A stretch of 64,000 nt of DNA from Octopus sinensis (lineage: Eukaryota): assembly GCF_006345805.1 (NCBI RefSeq), contig NC_043015.1, positions 3,162,001 through 3,226,000 on the forward strand. The letters run 5' to 3'. The notes under the pieces are model-generated. The model searched no databases. It saw only the letters and a list, made by a program, of their open reading frames with translations, and was not told where the DNA came from. The translations under genes and the position numbers were made by a program. Positions 1-13,585 of this stretch are shown here, one piece after another (within the stretch, counting starts at the first letter, position 1; each line of letters begins with the position of its first letter).

Positions 1-194
1 GTATGTGTCTAAGTGATGGATCATTTCGATGCTTCGAAAAAAATGTGGATGCAAGTTCCGCCTAGTTCGCTGTCATTTTCGTCTTTGGCATGTTGATAGA
101 GTACGGTAGACTGTTGCTTGTCATTTTATTCTTCATGCTTCTTTTTGCGAACTGGCTTAATTCAGCAAAAAGTAACTCGAGTTTCAAAACTCTC

Positions 195-427
195 TACTCT
201 TTTACTATTTTACTTGTTTCAGTCATGTTGACTGCGGCCATGCTGGATCACCGCCTTTAGTCGAGCAAATCGACCCCGGGACTTATTCTTTGTAAGCCCA
301 GTACTTTTCTATCGGCCCCTTTTGCCGAACTGCTAAGTGACGGTGACGTAAACACACCAGCATCGGTTGTCAAGCAATGCTAGGGGGACAAACACAGACA
401 CAGAAACACACACACACACATGCATAC

Positions 428-494
<67 letters not shown>

Positions 495-658
495 TACGAC
501 AGGCTTCTTTTAGTTTCGTCTACCAAATCCACTCACAAGGCATTGGTCGGCCCGGGGCTATAGCAGAACACAGTTGCCCAAGTTGCCACGCAGTGGGACT
601 GAACCCGGAACCATGTGGTTGGTTAGCAAGCTACTTACCACACAGCCACTCCTGCGCC
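195..658 (-). mobile_element. SINE family A (tRNA-derived head, internal (CA)n/(TA)n), near full length
   Basis: Minus strand begins GGCGCAGGAGTGGCTGTGTGGTAAG (A-box-like) ... GGTTCAGTCC (B-box-like). The same body recurs at 13344-13737 and 50111-50490. Confidence 0.9.
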
Positions 659-879
659 GTTTTATTTTTCTTTTCTTTTTTTATAAATCTTCCCGATTCA
701 TCTTGATTTCGTCTTTGAACTGTATTCTTAGAATAAACCTGCGCAAGGCTACATCATTTTATTGCTTACTTATTTTGGATTGTTTTTTGATCCTCTTGTA
801 TGACGCATTGTTTTAGGGGATACTCAGTCCGATGCATTGACATATGCTTTATATGTTTTTGTTAAACGCGATGTCACTC

Positions 880-1290
880 TATACATTTTTGCATTGTAAT
901 CTTCTTTTGATTAACTAATATCCTTCCGTCCCAATCATGCATTTTGATGTGTATTCCCTTTATTGGATACTACCCGCGAGGAATTACATTTATTTGCTAT
1001 CCTTAATGTATTGGAAGTTTTCTGTGCCTAAGGTGGATAATGAATACGGTGATAAAATATCGCTTCCAGTTCTATTCTGATCTAAAGTTGTTTTTTAATA
1101 TGCTGAACGTTATTCTCCATATTTCTTCCCGATATTTCTCTGATGTCATATTGACCTCACCCTAATATGGTTTTCATTAATGTTCCCTCTGCAATTTCCT
1201 TTGGTCTCTCGTTCAAATAAATTGTTCTCACGAAATAGCTCTGATTCTCCCTATCGTCATATAAAGCGCGGTTTAGATGATATGAGCTGT
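880..1290 (-). mobile_element. Heavily decayed Penelope-like element reverse transcriptase relic
   Basis: Minus-strand frames give TKGIAEGTLMKTILG and NWKRYFITVFII, resembling the PLE RT motifs (KG.AMGT.MAP and W.RY.DD.F.I). Many stops and frameshifts. Confidence 0.5.
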
Positions 1291-2229
1291 TTAAGCTTTT
1301 ATATATGGACACACCCACATAATTTCTCATACGCACGCATATGGTATTTATTTATATGTATGTGTAGGCAACTGCACACATATATTGATTATTTGGTTTC
1401 TTTTTCCTTTTACGATCCATTTTTCGTTAAGTAATGGCAAGGCATTTCTTTTCTATCTTATATTATTTTATATAACTTTTGACGTTTATTTACGTAAAGG
1501 TGAGAGATGTATGGCTATTTCAATAAGACCAGATTCCCTCAGTTTTACCAACCCCAGTTAATAGATAAGGGCTATCAATACATTCATATTTGAAGAGGTT
1601 TTTCAGTACTTGAATTTTCTAGCAATATCATATGCTTATCTATTATGCCAGGTAACTTACATCGTATTTGAGTTACCAGTCGTCCTTATATGATTTTGAA
1701 TGCTTTTCTAAGTTACTTTTCAAAGTAACACAGGGTTCATTTGTGTTAAGTGTCGTTAATTGCCGAGGGAAGAATACTATTCGTGAAAATGTATGTGTAC
1801 AACACGGCTGGAATTTTTATCTATTTTAATATTATAGTATTAAGTATTTTCTAACAGGCCTTATGTTCATCAATAGTTTGTTTACGTTTGTAATGTTCGT
1901 TTACGTCGGTTTACTTTGTTGATTTCGATTTGCAATGCGTTTTAATCAAGAAAACGACGTAATTCAATGTTTTTGTCCCTTTATGCTAAGAGGCAACTCA
2001 AGTAGAATTCTCTCTTTCTGTTTGGTGTGTTTGTGTGTATGTGTGTGTGTGTGGGGGGAATATCAGATATAAATGGAAATGTCGTCACACTATTCCGCTG
2101 TTCTGACGATTAATGCAAGGGATATAAACATGCATATATACATATATTGCTTGAAATCTACGGGCCTATTGCTTCACTAACCATAATGTATAAACAGTAC
2201 ACAAACTACTACAACCCATTGTTTCAGTA

Positions 2230-2630
2230 TCATTGTGATTCCAGGCCACCCCTGAAAAGAAGTGAGTGCGGGAATGTGCAGAAAACTTTTGATGAAAAAA
2301 GATGTACTGTCTGAGCTACAGAAACTTACGCAAGAGACTTACGCCAGAATGACGTGATCATAGAAAGGCATTTTGACTCTATTACCAACGCCCGGCTGCT
2401 TAAGTGTCTTAATTTGGCAATTGTGACTGCTATCTTAATTTACTGCCAGAGAAAGTCTCACTAAAATCTGAGCATCAATTCTCACCCCTACAAAGGAGAA
2501 TGGAACAATAATCCCCAGTGCTATAAATATTTCAAAGGGAATATTCCAACGAGGCTCTATATTTCTGTTCCTTTTGGCGCTAAATCCATTAGCGTTCCTG
2601 CTACAAAAACCAAATGGATACATGTCAGAG
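2230..2630 (+). mobile_element. Decayed R4/Dong-type non-LTR retrotransposon RT fragment
   Basis: + frame NISKGIFQRGSIFLFLLALNPLAFLLQKPNGY resembles the GIFQGDSLSPLLF.LALNPLS.LL motif of RLE-class LINE RTs. Confidence 0.6.
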
Positions 2631-3278
2631 TCTGCAACTTCTAGAGATATTAATGTAAAACATGTTTTTTTTTATGCATAACTACAGCGTTTATGCTAAA
2701 AATATTAGCAATGTAAAAAAAAAACAGCGGTATTTTAAGCACAACGTTTTAAGATGATGTAGAAATGGAATTTGGCCAAAAGAAATGTTTATATTAAGAT
2801 TGTTGAAGAAGAAAGATCAGTCCTGAAAACAGAAATCCTGGGCATCCCTTGTCCTACTCTCTACACAAATACTGTTACACGTGCCTAAACGTTGATACGT
2901 GACTAGTTTGGATATATAAAATACCTTGCATGGGTATGTTTCCCGAAGAGTTGACGAAGACTGTAACATTGACATGAAGCGGAGTCTCTCGGACTCGTGA
3001 CAGGTACATCTCATCACACTTACAAGGCGACACAATCACAATCCGACATCAGGCGATTGCTACTAAATAATTAATAAGAAAAATAGACAACGGAGCGGGG
3101 ATACTTGATGCAATACACTATGTAGAGTCTGTCATGTTTCTGTGGAAGACATCACAAATATGATTAATCATTGCCCTAAAATGCCATGATGGTACTACCA
3201 CCCTATGAGGCACAACGCCGTCGCAGAAAGCAGCGTACCATGCCATCTGGAAAAGAAATACAGTCATAGAATGATTAT

Positions 3279-3810
3279 AAAGGATGAAAGGCAAAGTCGA
3301 CTTAGGTGGAATTTGAACTGACAATGTAAAGACAGACGAAATACGGCCCAAGCCTTTCGCTCAATATACTAACGTTTCTTCCTGCTTGCCACTTTATATA
3401 TTTTGGACATTCTTTACTAATCTAGGCCGAGATTTCTGGGGAGGGTGTCCAGTCGATTAGGTCGACATTCGTACGCAACTGGTACACAATTTATCGAACC
3501 CAAAGAGATAAAACACAAAGCCGACCACGGCTGAATTTGAACTCAGAACGTTAACACAGACGAGATACCGCTAATTATTTCTCCCAGTATGCTAACGTTT
3601 CTGGCAGCTCACCGCATTATAGATATTGAATGTACTCTTCTAATCTAGGCGCAAATCCCGAGATTGTTGGGGAGGAGGGCCCTTTGATTAGGACGACTCT
3701 AGTAAGGAACAGGTACTAAAATTATCGAGCCCGAAAGGACAAATGGCAAGTGACGGAATTCGAACTCAGAACGTAGCGGCAGACGAAATACCGCTAAGCA
3801 TTTCGCCGCC
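3279..3810 (-). mobile_element. Three head-to-tail copies of SINE family B (3279-3392, 3417-3615, 3640-3810)
   Basis: Each carries GGAATTTGAACT (reverse B-box) and AAAGGATGAAAGGCAAAGTCGAC-like core matching the intact + copy at 44263. Confidence 0.85.
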
Positions 3811-4775
3811 TTTAATTAATGAATATGATTTTACTTTTATCTAGTCTATTCCCCTTTAATTATGGTTTTAATGATTACTATCATATTTATAATTAGCATC
3901 ACGACGCTAATTACGAGCTATATAGTTTAATTACACCGTTTGAATATTATTCTTATCATTAACTGAATATTCATTCTCGGATTGCATGTACTCTTGTTTT
4001 AATCCACAACATACTATCATTTCCTTACACCATATCCACGTAGATATAAAATTATGGATGTATCGAATACAAAATTCCCGCACGACTTCTACAGTTGTAT
4101 GTATCACAAACTTCACGGGGATAAGATATTTGAGATTGATATTCGGTAGAATTAATCCTACAAATAGAAAACCTGTATCTGTGTGTCTATACATACGCAT
4201 ACAAGCACACAGACACGCGCGCGTGCGTACACATGCGCTCACACACATATACATGTGTATGTATATCTATTACGTGATAGATGCAAGCGTATTTCATGAC
4301 CTACAATATGATTTGCGGGTTTTGGCAATCTTAATGTGTGATCCAGGGTTTCCTCCTAACGCTCACTGGCTACATGATGTGCACGGACACTGAATCTCCA
4401 ACGAGGATGAACCAAATTCGATTGAAGAAATATTAAAATATGATTTCTCAATAAATTTTCCACTATTATAATACGTAATATGACATACTTAACTGACAAT
4501 AATTTCTACCGAAAGAGGTGCACCCAACAAGAAGAACAATTGCAATTCAACTCGTTTTATTTGATGTATTTTAAAGCAAGTATTGCAGTCTGACTGTGAC
4601 GCCCACCGTACTTATAGGGAAAATATATGTCGTGTGCAATATTATTCGGAATTACAATAGTTATAATATATTGAATAATTCTGAAAATATCCAATCCGTA
4701 CATATTTGGGGGTCCAAAATGTTGATAAAATCAGAGCTACAATTACAATTGCCTAAACAATGTAACACAGATATA

Positions 4776-4878
4776 CAGTAATCCCTTGACTATTGCGGGT
4801 GTTACGTTCCAAAACGCCCGGCGATAGCCGAACATCCACCAACTAGAAACAACAGTATTGTATATTGTTTAATTATTT

Positions 4879-4918
<40 letters not shown>

Positions 4919-5010
4919 ATTATAAATGCAAAACAACACCGCATAGGAATCGACATAAGCTTAGATAATAAGCCGTGATAGGTGAATCTCGAAAAGATGA
5001 GGGATTATTC
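4776..5010. mobile_element. Tigger/pogo-like MITE with TA target-site duplication
   Basis: Left end TA|CAGTAATCCCT, right end AGGGATTATTC|TA (imperfect TIR), internal (TA)n. Related partial copy at 38977-39135. Confidence 0.65.
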
Positions 5011-5922
5011 TATTGCATATTTTTAGTTTGTCATTCTTGTATGGACAATTCTATAAATGTTATCATGCCAGTTCGTGTTCTCAATTCAGTTGTCGATTCT
5101 AAATTTGGTGCTCCGTTGTTTTTTAAGACAGAGGGATTGGTGTGAAAATAATCCTTTATTTTGCATTCGATATGGACTAGAAAATTTCACAAGCGTAATC
5201 AACGAATTCGTACGGAATTCTTATGACAATACACATACTTGAATCAGGTAACGACTTTGCACCATTGAGTCAGCATTTTCTCCAGTTCATTAATGCTTCA
5301 TCTTTCTCAAAATGTTTTGACGTGGCTGTATATTAAAACGTGAACTTACATAATTATATCATAACTTAACACGCAATATTATTATATATTTATGAGTTGG
5401 CAAAACACACTCGAGAAATTCACAGTTTACGAGGAATTCATACGTTTTCAAATTCAAACAAGAGAAAGATAAAAATTAAATAATGTGATATATGACTACA
5501 CTTATTTATCTGTTTATCTTATTTATCTTCGCTAATTCTTACTCACGCATTTTGGTGCCACATGATATACATTTATATATATATGTGGGTACATAAATCG
5601 TTCTATCGTTCCTAATGAGAGATGTAGTCAAAACAATTCTCAGCACTCAGTGAGTTACTCAGCGCGACTACAGCAAACAAATGTTCGAGACCCAGTGGGG
5701 ATTTCTTATATGAAAAGAGTAAAAAAAACAATGTGATACAACATAAGCACAAACATATATCTCAAAACTTTCGTCTATGGAATTTAAATACTTCTTCGGT
5801 ACCTTCAGTCCTTTCGTCTACCATGTAACCTCTTTCACCTCCAGTCATGTGGTATACGAAAACTGCCTTATAATCCTAGCCTAAGGAAAAAAAACAGAAT
5901 GACCTTCCCTCTCCACCTTACA

Positions 5923-5969
5923 CGTGATGTCAGTGACATGACTTCTCTACTCATGTCACTGACATCACG
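5923..5969. repeat. Perfect 19 bp hairpin with 9 nt loop
   Basis: CGTGATGTCAGTGACATGA (5923-5941) is the exact reverse complement of TCATGTCACTGACATCACG (5951-5969). Confidence 0.95.
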
Positions 5970-7758
5970 CTTACTTACTGTTGATTTCGCGTTCTGCAGG
6001 CGTAGATGCCAGGTGAGGTTATCTCAAACGGGTTATTCTCTCTGGTATCATTGTCCAAGATCCTTCGAATTAAACAATCTTGTCGTATGTGGAAATATAT
6101 TCATGTCTATATACATCCATGTTTACGTATGAATTTCTCGAATTCATAAATGTGCGATTGCATCTCTGTACATGCAGGGGCGTGTATATCTATGTTCTCT
6201 TATATAGGAGCCTTCACTTCATACGTACGATTGTATACATTTATTAATTCGCATAAATATACATATTTTAAAGAAAATCTAGGTGAGTGAAAAGTTTTTG
6301 ATTAAATAAAGTACTTATTTATTCCTATTATTTTGTTTGTAACTAGTGAATTATTAATTGGCATATAATTAGAGAGATACAAGTTTTCCTGTTTCGGTAA
6401 ACAATTATCATCACAAACCATTCATGATTCCACGCTGTAATTGCTTGATTAAAGAATACATCATAATATCCTATTCAGGCGTGTCTAATTATTATAGAAT
6501 AACAAGTACATATATTATATCCACATTACAACATATTGAAAAATATTGTCTCTATAAATAATTTCTCCCTATATTTTTCATGAAGTCAAATATAACAATT
6601 TTCTATAACTTTATTCACTAACTTTTCGGAAGAATTCAGTTACATAACTTATAATTGAATATCTATTCTTGATCGTATATAATGAACACGAGAATTCTAT
6701 GCAGAAAACACAACTTATTCAAGTATATGTTGGCATAGTTATTGTTGTGTAACGAAGAAATCGGTCTGGAAATTTACTGTGTAGTGATGTATATTGATTG
6801 TAATATGAGTGTTGATATATAACGTCAGTGTATTTGATGGAGGGGTACGTTGATAGACATGATAACCAAGCGTAAAAATTCTATTTCTTGCAAATTATGC
6901 AACAAATCTTTCGTTCAGTACCTTCAAATAAAACTGTTGTAACGTGGGGATATTATTCAATTTTCTTTGGTTTTTGGTTCTACTTATATTTTCTATTTTC
7001 TAGGTATGATATCATTTGTAATATAAATTGACATTTCGAAAACAGACATTAATCATGAATACATATTTGAAATGAACGGGAAAACAAATAAATACATATT
7101 TGATAAGTTCCCTAAGCACGAAAAAGTGCTTATATAATATATCTTGCGTTATATATCTGGGAATAATTACACATTGGAAATCATTTGATGTATATCACAT
7201 TCGTATGTCGCCTCAACAGAAGATTGTGAAATTTCATCTTTCGTAATATATAAAACAAAATCCAATTTCTCACAATATTTATATATCAGAAACTACACAT
7301 AACATTCAAATATAATAGTTATAAATAATGCGGACGAAATGTTGAAGACACGTAAAACTATTTTGAGGGAATAACTAATCACGGATCCTTAAGTTGCATG
7401 CATTATAAAAGGTCACAGATGTAATGAATGGTAATGGGAAGTTATTATTGGAATTCATTTAGATATTACATGTATAGTACGTCTTTCATAAATATAAAAT
7501 GTATAGTATAAATTTCAAAGTTATTCACGCACACACACACGTGCACACACACCTGCACACACACACATGTATATACATATCAATCTCTCTATCTCTCTAT
7601 CTCTCTGTATGCCTGTCTGCCTGTCTATCTATCTATATATCTAGCTAGCTAGCTATCTGCCTGTCCGGCTATTTATCTTATCTCTCTATATGTCTGCCTG
7701 TCTGTCTATGTATCTATCTATCTACCAATCTATCTACCTATCTATCTATCTATGTATC

Positions 7759-7823
<65 letters not shown>

Positions 7824-8929
7824 CAGAGATGGAGAGAAAAAGCGACAGAGAGAGGAAACAGGGATAAATGAACGCATAAATTGACTGCATATATACTTCA
7901 GTTGCTTTACCTCAATTGTCTCTCCCGAGAAATATACATTACTACAACTACTCTCTCTCTCTTTTTCTGTCTCTTTGTCTGTCTGTCTGTCTTTGTTTCT
8001 TTCTCTGTCTGTCTCTCTCTTTCTGTAGTAAATGAGTTCTCTTCCTTGAGAGTTATATATTGCCTCTCACGACATACGAAATTCAACAGTGATGAGCAGT
8101 TATGATTTTATATGAGTGGATATGCAATCTACTAGAAAAGATACCTTATAAGTTTAAGTCACAGTATATTCAAATTCTGTTTGAAAATGGACGAAAGTTC
8201 CGAGATATCTGTTTGTGTTTATGTCTATGCATGATTACATATACATTCAGGAAAGACGAGCTTTATGTACCCGCATAAAATAAACTAGGTGCACAACAAC
8301 TGATAAATATGTGAATTCATATATCACATTACTTAGTTTTTCTCCACTCGTTTACATTACTGATGAGGTAGGGGCGAGATCTGGAGTACGACCGCTACAT
8401 ATAATAACAGTTTGATGACAACCCAACACAGTCGTTGTTAATCAAAACTCACCGATGAAGGATTTTTTTCTTGCCTGTAACAAAAGAGAACATCATTTTA
8501 AAAACTAATCAGTTACCATTTTGTGAACGTATAGGTGACCACTATGATGCAGTATATAGAAAGTAATTCACAACATAGTAATTGTCAAGTACCAGATTTA
8601 ACTGTGAGGAAATAGAAAGCCAAACTAATATATAAATAGTAGATAGCGTGGCTGTAGGACAAGAAAAAATTCGTTACAGAACACTCAACAGTTCAATATT
8701 TTGTTTGTTTTGACTTTTGGTTTTAATGCGTTTATTAATTTTTTGCTAGACTGTATTCAATTATTCCACCTATAATTATAGTTGTGATATGTGTATTATA
8801 TAAAGCGAAATCGAAGTTTAATTGTTGAATTAGATATATAACTTAATTATTTTATATAATATATCTTCCTGATAATGAAAATGACGGGCCATGTCCAGAA
8901 ATGTATATTATATTCATTGATGTTTCATG

Positions 8930-9335
8930 TTATCACACAATTTGCCAAAGGTGCATATATGTATATATATATATGTGAAGGCGCAATGGCCTAGTGGTTA
9001 GGGCAGCGGACTCGCGGTCGTAGGATCGTGGTTTCGATTCCCAGACCGGGCGTTGTGAGTGTTTATTGACCGAAAACAGCTAAAGCCCCACGAGGCTCCG
9101 GCAGGGGGTGGTGGCGATCCCTGCTGTACTCTTTCTCCACAACTTCCTCTCACTCTTTCTTCTGTTGGCCTGCTCGCTTAGCCAGCGGGGTGGCGTCACT
9201 TGAAGGCTAAAACAATGCGAAGCGCATTGTGACTAGCGATATGTAACAACATCTGATAGCCTGGTCGGTCACGGTGACGGTGATATATATATATATATAT
9301 ATGCATATATGAGCCTTTTGCAAATTGTGTGATAA
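8930..9335. repeat. 32 bp inverted repeat (29/32) enclosing (TA)n and a SINE
   Basis: TTATCACACAATTTGCCAAAGGTGCATATATG (8930-8961) versus CATATATGAGCCTTTTGCAAATTGTGTGATAA (9304-9335). Confidence 0.9.
8975..9283 (+). mobile_element. SINE family C, 3' variant 1 (tRNA-derived head; probably one of the octopus OR-type SINEs)
   Basis: GGCGCAATGGCCTAGTGGTTAGGGCAGCGGACTCGCGG...GGTTTCGATTCCC head with A/B boxes. Shares about 190 nt with copies at 27343 and 40204, then diverges. Tail ACGGTGACGGTGA. Family name is from memory. Confidence 0.9.
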
Positions 9336-9779
9336 TATATGTATATGTGTGTGTACTTGTGTGTGTGTGTGTCTGTACAGAGAGAGAGAGAGAGGCAGAG
9401 AGAGACAGAGGAGACAGAGAAAGAGAGAGAAGTGAGGGAGAGGGTGAAACTAAGAAAAAGTGAAAAAGTGAATGAAAGAAAAAGTTGGTTGATGTATGTA
9501 CGGACTTGTTCATGGCTTATTCTTTATTCGTCTGGTGAGTATGTTTGATTGATGTGTTATCTAAAACCGATAATGTGTTTCATTTAATGATAAACTTCTA
9601 TTTCTAGACTTGCAAATAAATAACTTGTCTCTAATTAACAAGCTATTAAAGGTCAGCTTTGTTAGTATTTTATTTTTCAATATACATTATTACAAGAATA
9701 ACATCCTTCAGATGAAGACATCGAGGTTAATTGAGCTTTTTTCAAGATATATTTTGTTATAGCATATTAGATCCATAAA

Positions 9780-9903
9780 TTATATCATGAATATCAACAT
9801 ATATATTTTGTATATGATTAGTTGCCAAGTAAAAGGAGAAAACAAATATAAACTGCTACACTCCCGCTATTTATGTATATATATATATATTGCACATAGT
9901 TTT

Positions 9904-9960
<57 letters not shown>

Positions 9961-10027
9961 ATTATATACATACGTAAATATGTGTGCATATATGCATACA
10001 TATATGTGTATATAGATGTATACATAC

Positions 10028-10069
<42 letters not shown>

Positions 10070-10138
10070 TTACACATATATATATATATATACGTATATA
10101 TGTACATATATATATACATATATATACGTATATATGTA

Positions 10139-10190
<52 letters not shown>
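9780..10190. repeat. Representative (TA)n/(TACA)n microsatellite block; similar blocks near 430, 7740, 25600-26030, 32290-32620, 35110-35280, 42130-42350, 42640-42790 ((TATG)n/(TATC)n), 44555-44630 ((CTA)n), 50790-50930, 62780
   Basis: Directly visible low-complexity tracts. Confidence 0.98.
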
Positions 10191-13100
10191 TTATTAACGA
10201 TAGACGCAGTACTTTTTCCTGCTTCAACGTGGATTTTCTTTTAGGACACATCATAGTTACCATCATTGGCATTAACATATAGGCACGTGGTGTGAAATAC
10301 ACTCCTCGACTTAGAGCTAGTTGGGTAGCGGAGTAACAAATCATACCCAACAAACTACATTTTGCGCTAAAAGGCCATATGTCAGTTTCTCCCATTTTAT
10401 CTCCCTCAACTCTTCTTAAGTCAGGATAAATATTACGTGATATACGAAGAATACATTTGTCGTAATGAATATTTCTTAACAAGCCACTAAGTGCTATTCT
10501 GGCACCTGTATTTCGTATATCGTTGACAGAGATACAAGTCTACTATTTTCCACTGTCGACCGTCGGACAGTTTTAAGACCATGCAATGTCGAAATCACTG
10601 TATCTAATGTTCTCCCCGCTGGTGATTATTTCCGTATTTGCCTCCTACTTAGTGATATATATGTGTGTGTGTGTGTGTATCTTAATATGTGAGAAAAAGA
10701 AAAAAAGACACAGATACCATCAGTATGATGCCAAAACCATACACGTACACAAAAAGTACCCATATTATACGTAAGGTGAAATGGCAAAGGATGGGAAGAT
10801 AAATTAATCAATCAATGAAAAAGTTTATATAAATGATGGAGAAATAAACAGTATTGCAAGTAAAACCATATATAATCACGTGTAAGACATATAACTCACA
10901 TAGACACGTTTGCACAAACGCATGCGCAAAACCACACGCAGACACGGTCTCAAACGCATGCGCAGATAAGAATACACACAATAGAAACATAAAATGGACT
11001 AAACAGAATGGGAGGAGATGTGTGAGACGGAGACTCGCTTGGAGGCCTCAGGTGTGTTACAAAGGATTTTGAAGACAATGGGCGGAAATAAGAACGATAA
11101 TAAACAAGTGAAGAATGAATATATTGTGCGTGACTTTATTTGGCAATGAAAAACACGGAAGAAACAATGACCGTCCCGAGAAATAGCATCAGGAATCTTG
11201 CAGAACAAGTGTTTGAACTTAATACACACACACACATATATGTGTGTGTGTTTTTGTCTGTATGTATACATATATATCAATATATATCCTTGTGTTTGGG
11301 AAGAGTTAACATTTTTAGTGCCTTATCAATTTATCTCACTCACCTGTCTATTAACTTATTTATTTTTAGTAAACTTTTCGTTACGCCATGCAAACGTTTC
11401 AAAAGATTTCAATAGTCTGTTCTCAGAACTGCCCCCTGTTCTTTCTGCGCATGCTCTTGCCTCAGGTGCCGTCCCCATACACATTTGTTTGAAGAAATGT
11501 ATGTGTATATGTGTACGCATATATATATATATATGTGTGTATGTGTGTGTGTGTGTGTGTGTTTGTGCAACATTGTATGTATGTATTCTGTATATCCATG
11601 TGTTTTTGTGCGTCTCTATGTGTGTGTATGTGTGTATCTCTGTATTGCGTGTGTATATTTATTTGAGTCTGAGTATGGGTTTGTGTAACTATACAAATTG
11701 TGTGTATTGGCGTATGACACATGTGTATCTTTCCTATTTAGTTCTGGGGATGCTTCATTAATGACGACGTAGACGTGTACCTGTCTGAGTTTGGGTTCTT
11801 TGGGTACTTGCACGAAATGTGGAAATGAAGGTGACCCAATGTTGGACCTTGGCGTTTTGGTAGAATGTAGAGTACTGTTTTTTTTTATCGTCACATTGAC
11901 TCAGAGGTACATTTAGTATCTCCTCAATATTTAAGTAAGGGACGATAATTTCAGTTTTGCTTTTTTTTATGATTAGCCTTATTTTCTGAGTGAATGAAAC
12001 CTGTAGCATCTTTTACTATATTGTAAGTTGATGTAGTTCACAAATCTCTTTATTAAAATAGTTGTTTGTTGTAAAAAAACGCTTGTGCTTGAACGAGTGC
12101 ACGCGTGTGTATCTTTGGGCTCGGACACGTGTAGTTCTATATGTATCTGCGTGTTTGTGCTTGCACGTTTCTGCTTGTGTACGTACTCGTGTATGCATGT
12201 GTGTTTGTGTGTGTGTGTGTGTGTGTGTTCTTGCGTGTTTGTGTGCTTGTGCATTTTGTAATTATTTCTAAAAAATCTGTATATACATTTTGCTTCTTAT
12301 GATGTTTGCCATGTCGAATTAGTAGCATCCATTGTACGACTGATTGCTAGAAGCATTAGGAGTGACTACGAGTTTTGGCTGCAGCATCAGTAACGATATT
12401 CTCTTTGCTAACCGAACTTGTCTAATCCTTATTTGTTTTCGAATTGTGTAGTTTCTTGTTAAACTTTACTTATGTAGTTCTTCAAGTTGGTTTTTTATGC
12501 TAGCTTTTAGGTTTTTTTATGCAAGTACAATCATTCTTTTCGCCTGATAGTTGTAGCACTTTTACTGGTTCCCGGATAATATTGAGCCGTGCTTAATGAA
12601 AAGAATCCCACACTCTCTTTCTGATCGGAACGTCAAGATGTCTCCATAGGGTTGTGTATTAGAATTTTGGTTTAATCATATGTTCTATACATATCGATAG
12701 AAATGAATTTCCGAGGGATCTATAATTCCCTTTGTATACCAAATTTTTTTATCCTATGAACAACGTAAACCGATATTCAGTGTGGAAAAAAATAAACCGA
12801 TTCGGGTTTGCGATGCAAACACAAATTGTTTTTAGAAAGAAGCTGGGAAAACGATTAAGAAACAACCTTTATAGTTACTCTTATATTTCTCTTTCTCGAT
12901 GGATTAAGTGTAAGCTTAGCAAATGTTTACGTTTTACTGTGCCTCTGTATTTTTTTCTAAATGTCTATATCCCATAGTAGCGGAGGATCATGCATTTGAA
13001 TTTCTACAGCGTTTCGCCCACCATCCTGTGATGTAGAAGTACCATACTCTTTGGGAAACAGCTGTAGAGAATCTTTGCATATGGAAAATCTGAGTTTAAT

Positions 13101-13343
13101 GTGTTCTATAAGAAGTATAATAAAGATTATCAATAGATATTCCGCTTCGTTTTGGCTGTTTGCTGAAAGAGTGACATGTTTGTGAAAATGTAGACTTCCA
13201 ATTTTATCATTGGTTAGTTCAAATCATTATGATAGTGAGAGCTCTACCTTTTCTGTACATGTGCTCTGTACTCGTAATAATATTTTTGTATTCTATGAAC
13301 AATTTTGTATACATGATATTGCAGTACCTAATGATGTAAAGTC

Positions 13344-13554
13344 ACTCTTTTATTCTTTTACTTGTTTCAGTCATTTCACTGCGGCCATGCTGGAGCACCG
13401 CATTTAATCGAGCAACTCGACCCCGAGACTTATTCTTTTGTAAGCCCAGTACTTATTCTATCGGTCTCTTTTGCCGAACCGCTAAGTAACGGGGACATAA
13501 ACACACCTGCATTAGTTGTCAAGCAATGCTAGGGGGACAAACACAGACACACAA

Positions 13555-13585
<31 letters not shown>

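Noticed and set aside
8360-8400. Other CTGATGA hits (8360, 49951, 53222 minus) as hammerheads
   Set aside because: No stem II closed by GAAA at a suitable distance.
8975-9050. SINE heads (8975, 27343, 40204, 44263, 50111) as tRNA genes
   Set aside because: They keep A/B boxes but not a full cloverleaf, and each continues into a repeated SINE body.
9871-10482. Longest ORFs in the track (203 aa here; also 42415-43023, 11198-11761, 28655-29143, 41829-42290)
   Set aside because: Their length comes from stop-free (TA)n, (TG)n, (TATG)n and (TTA)n tracts (YIYI, CVCV, poly-Leu). There is no domain-like content except the LINE tail of 28655-29143.
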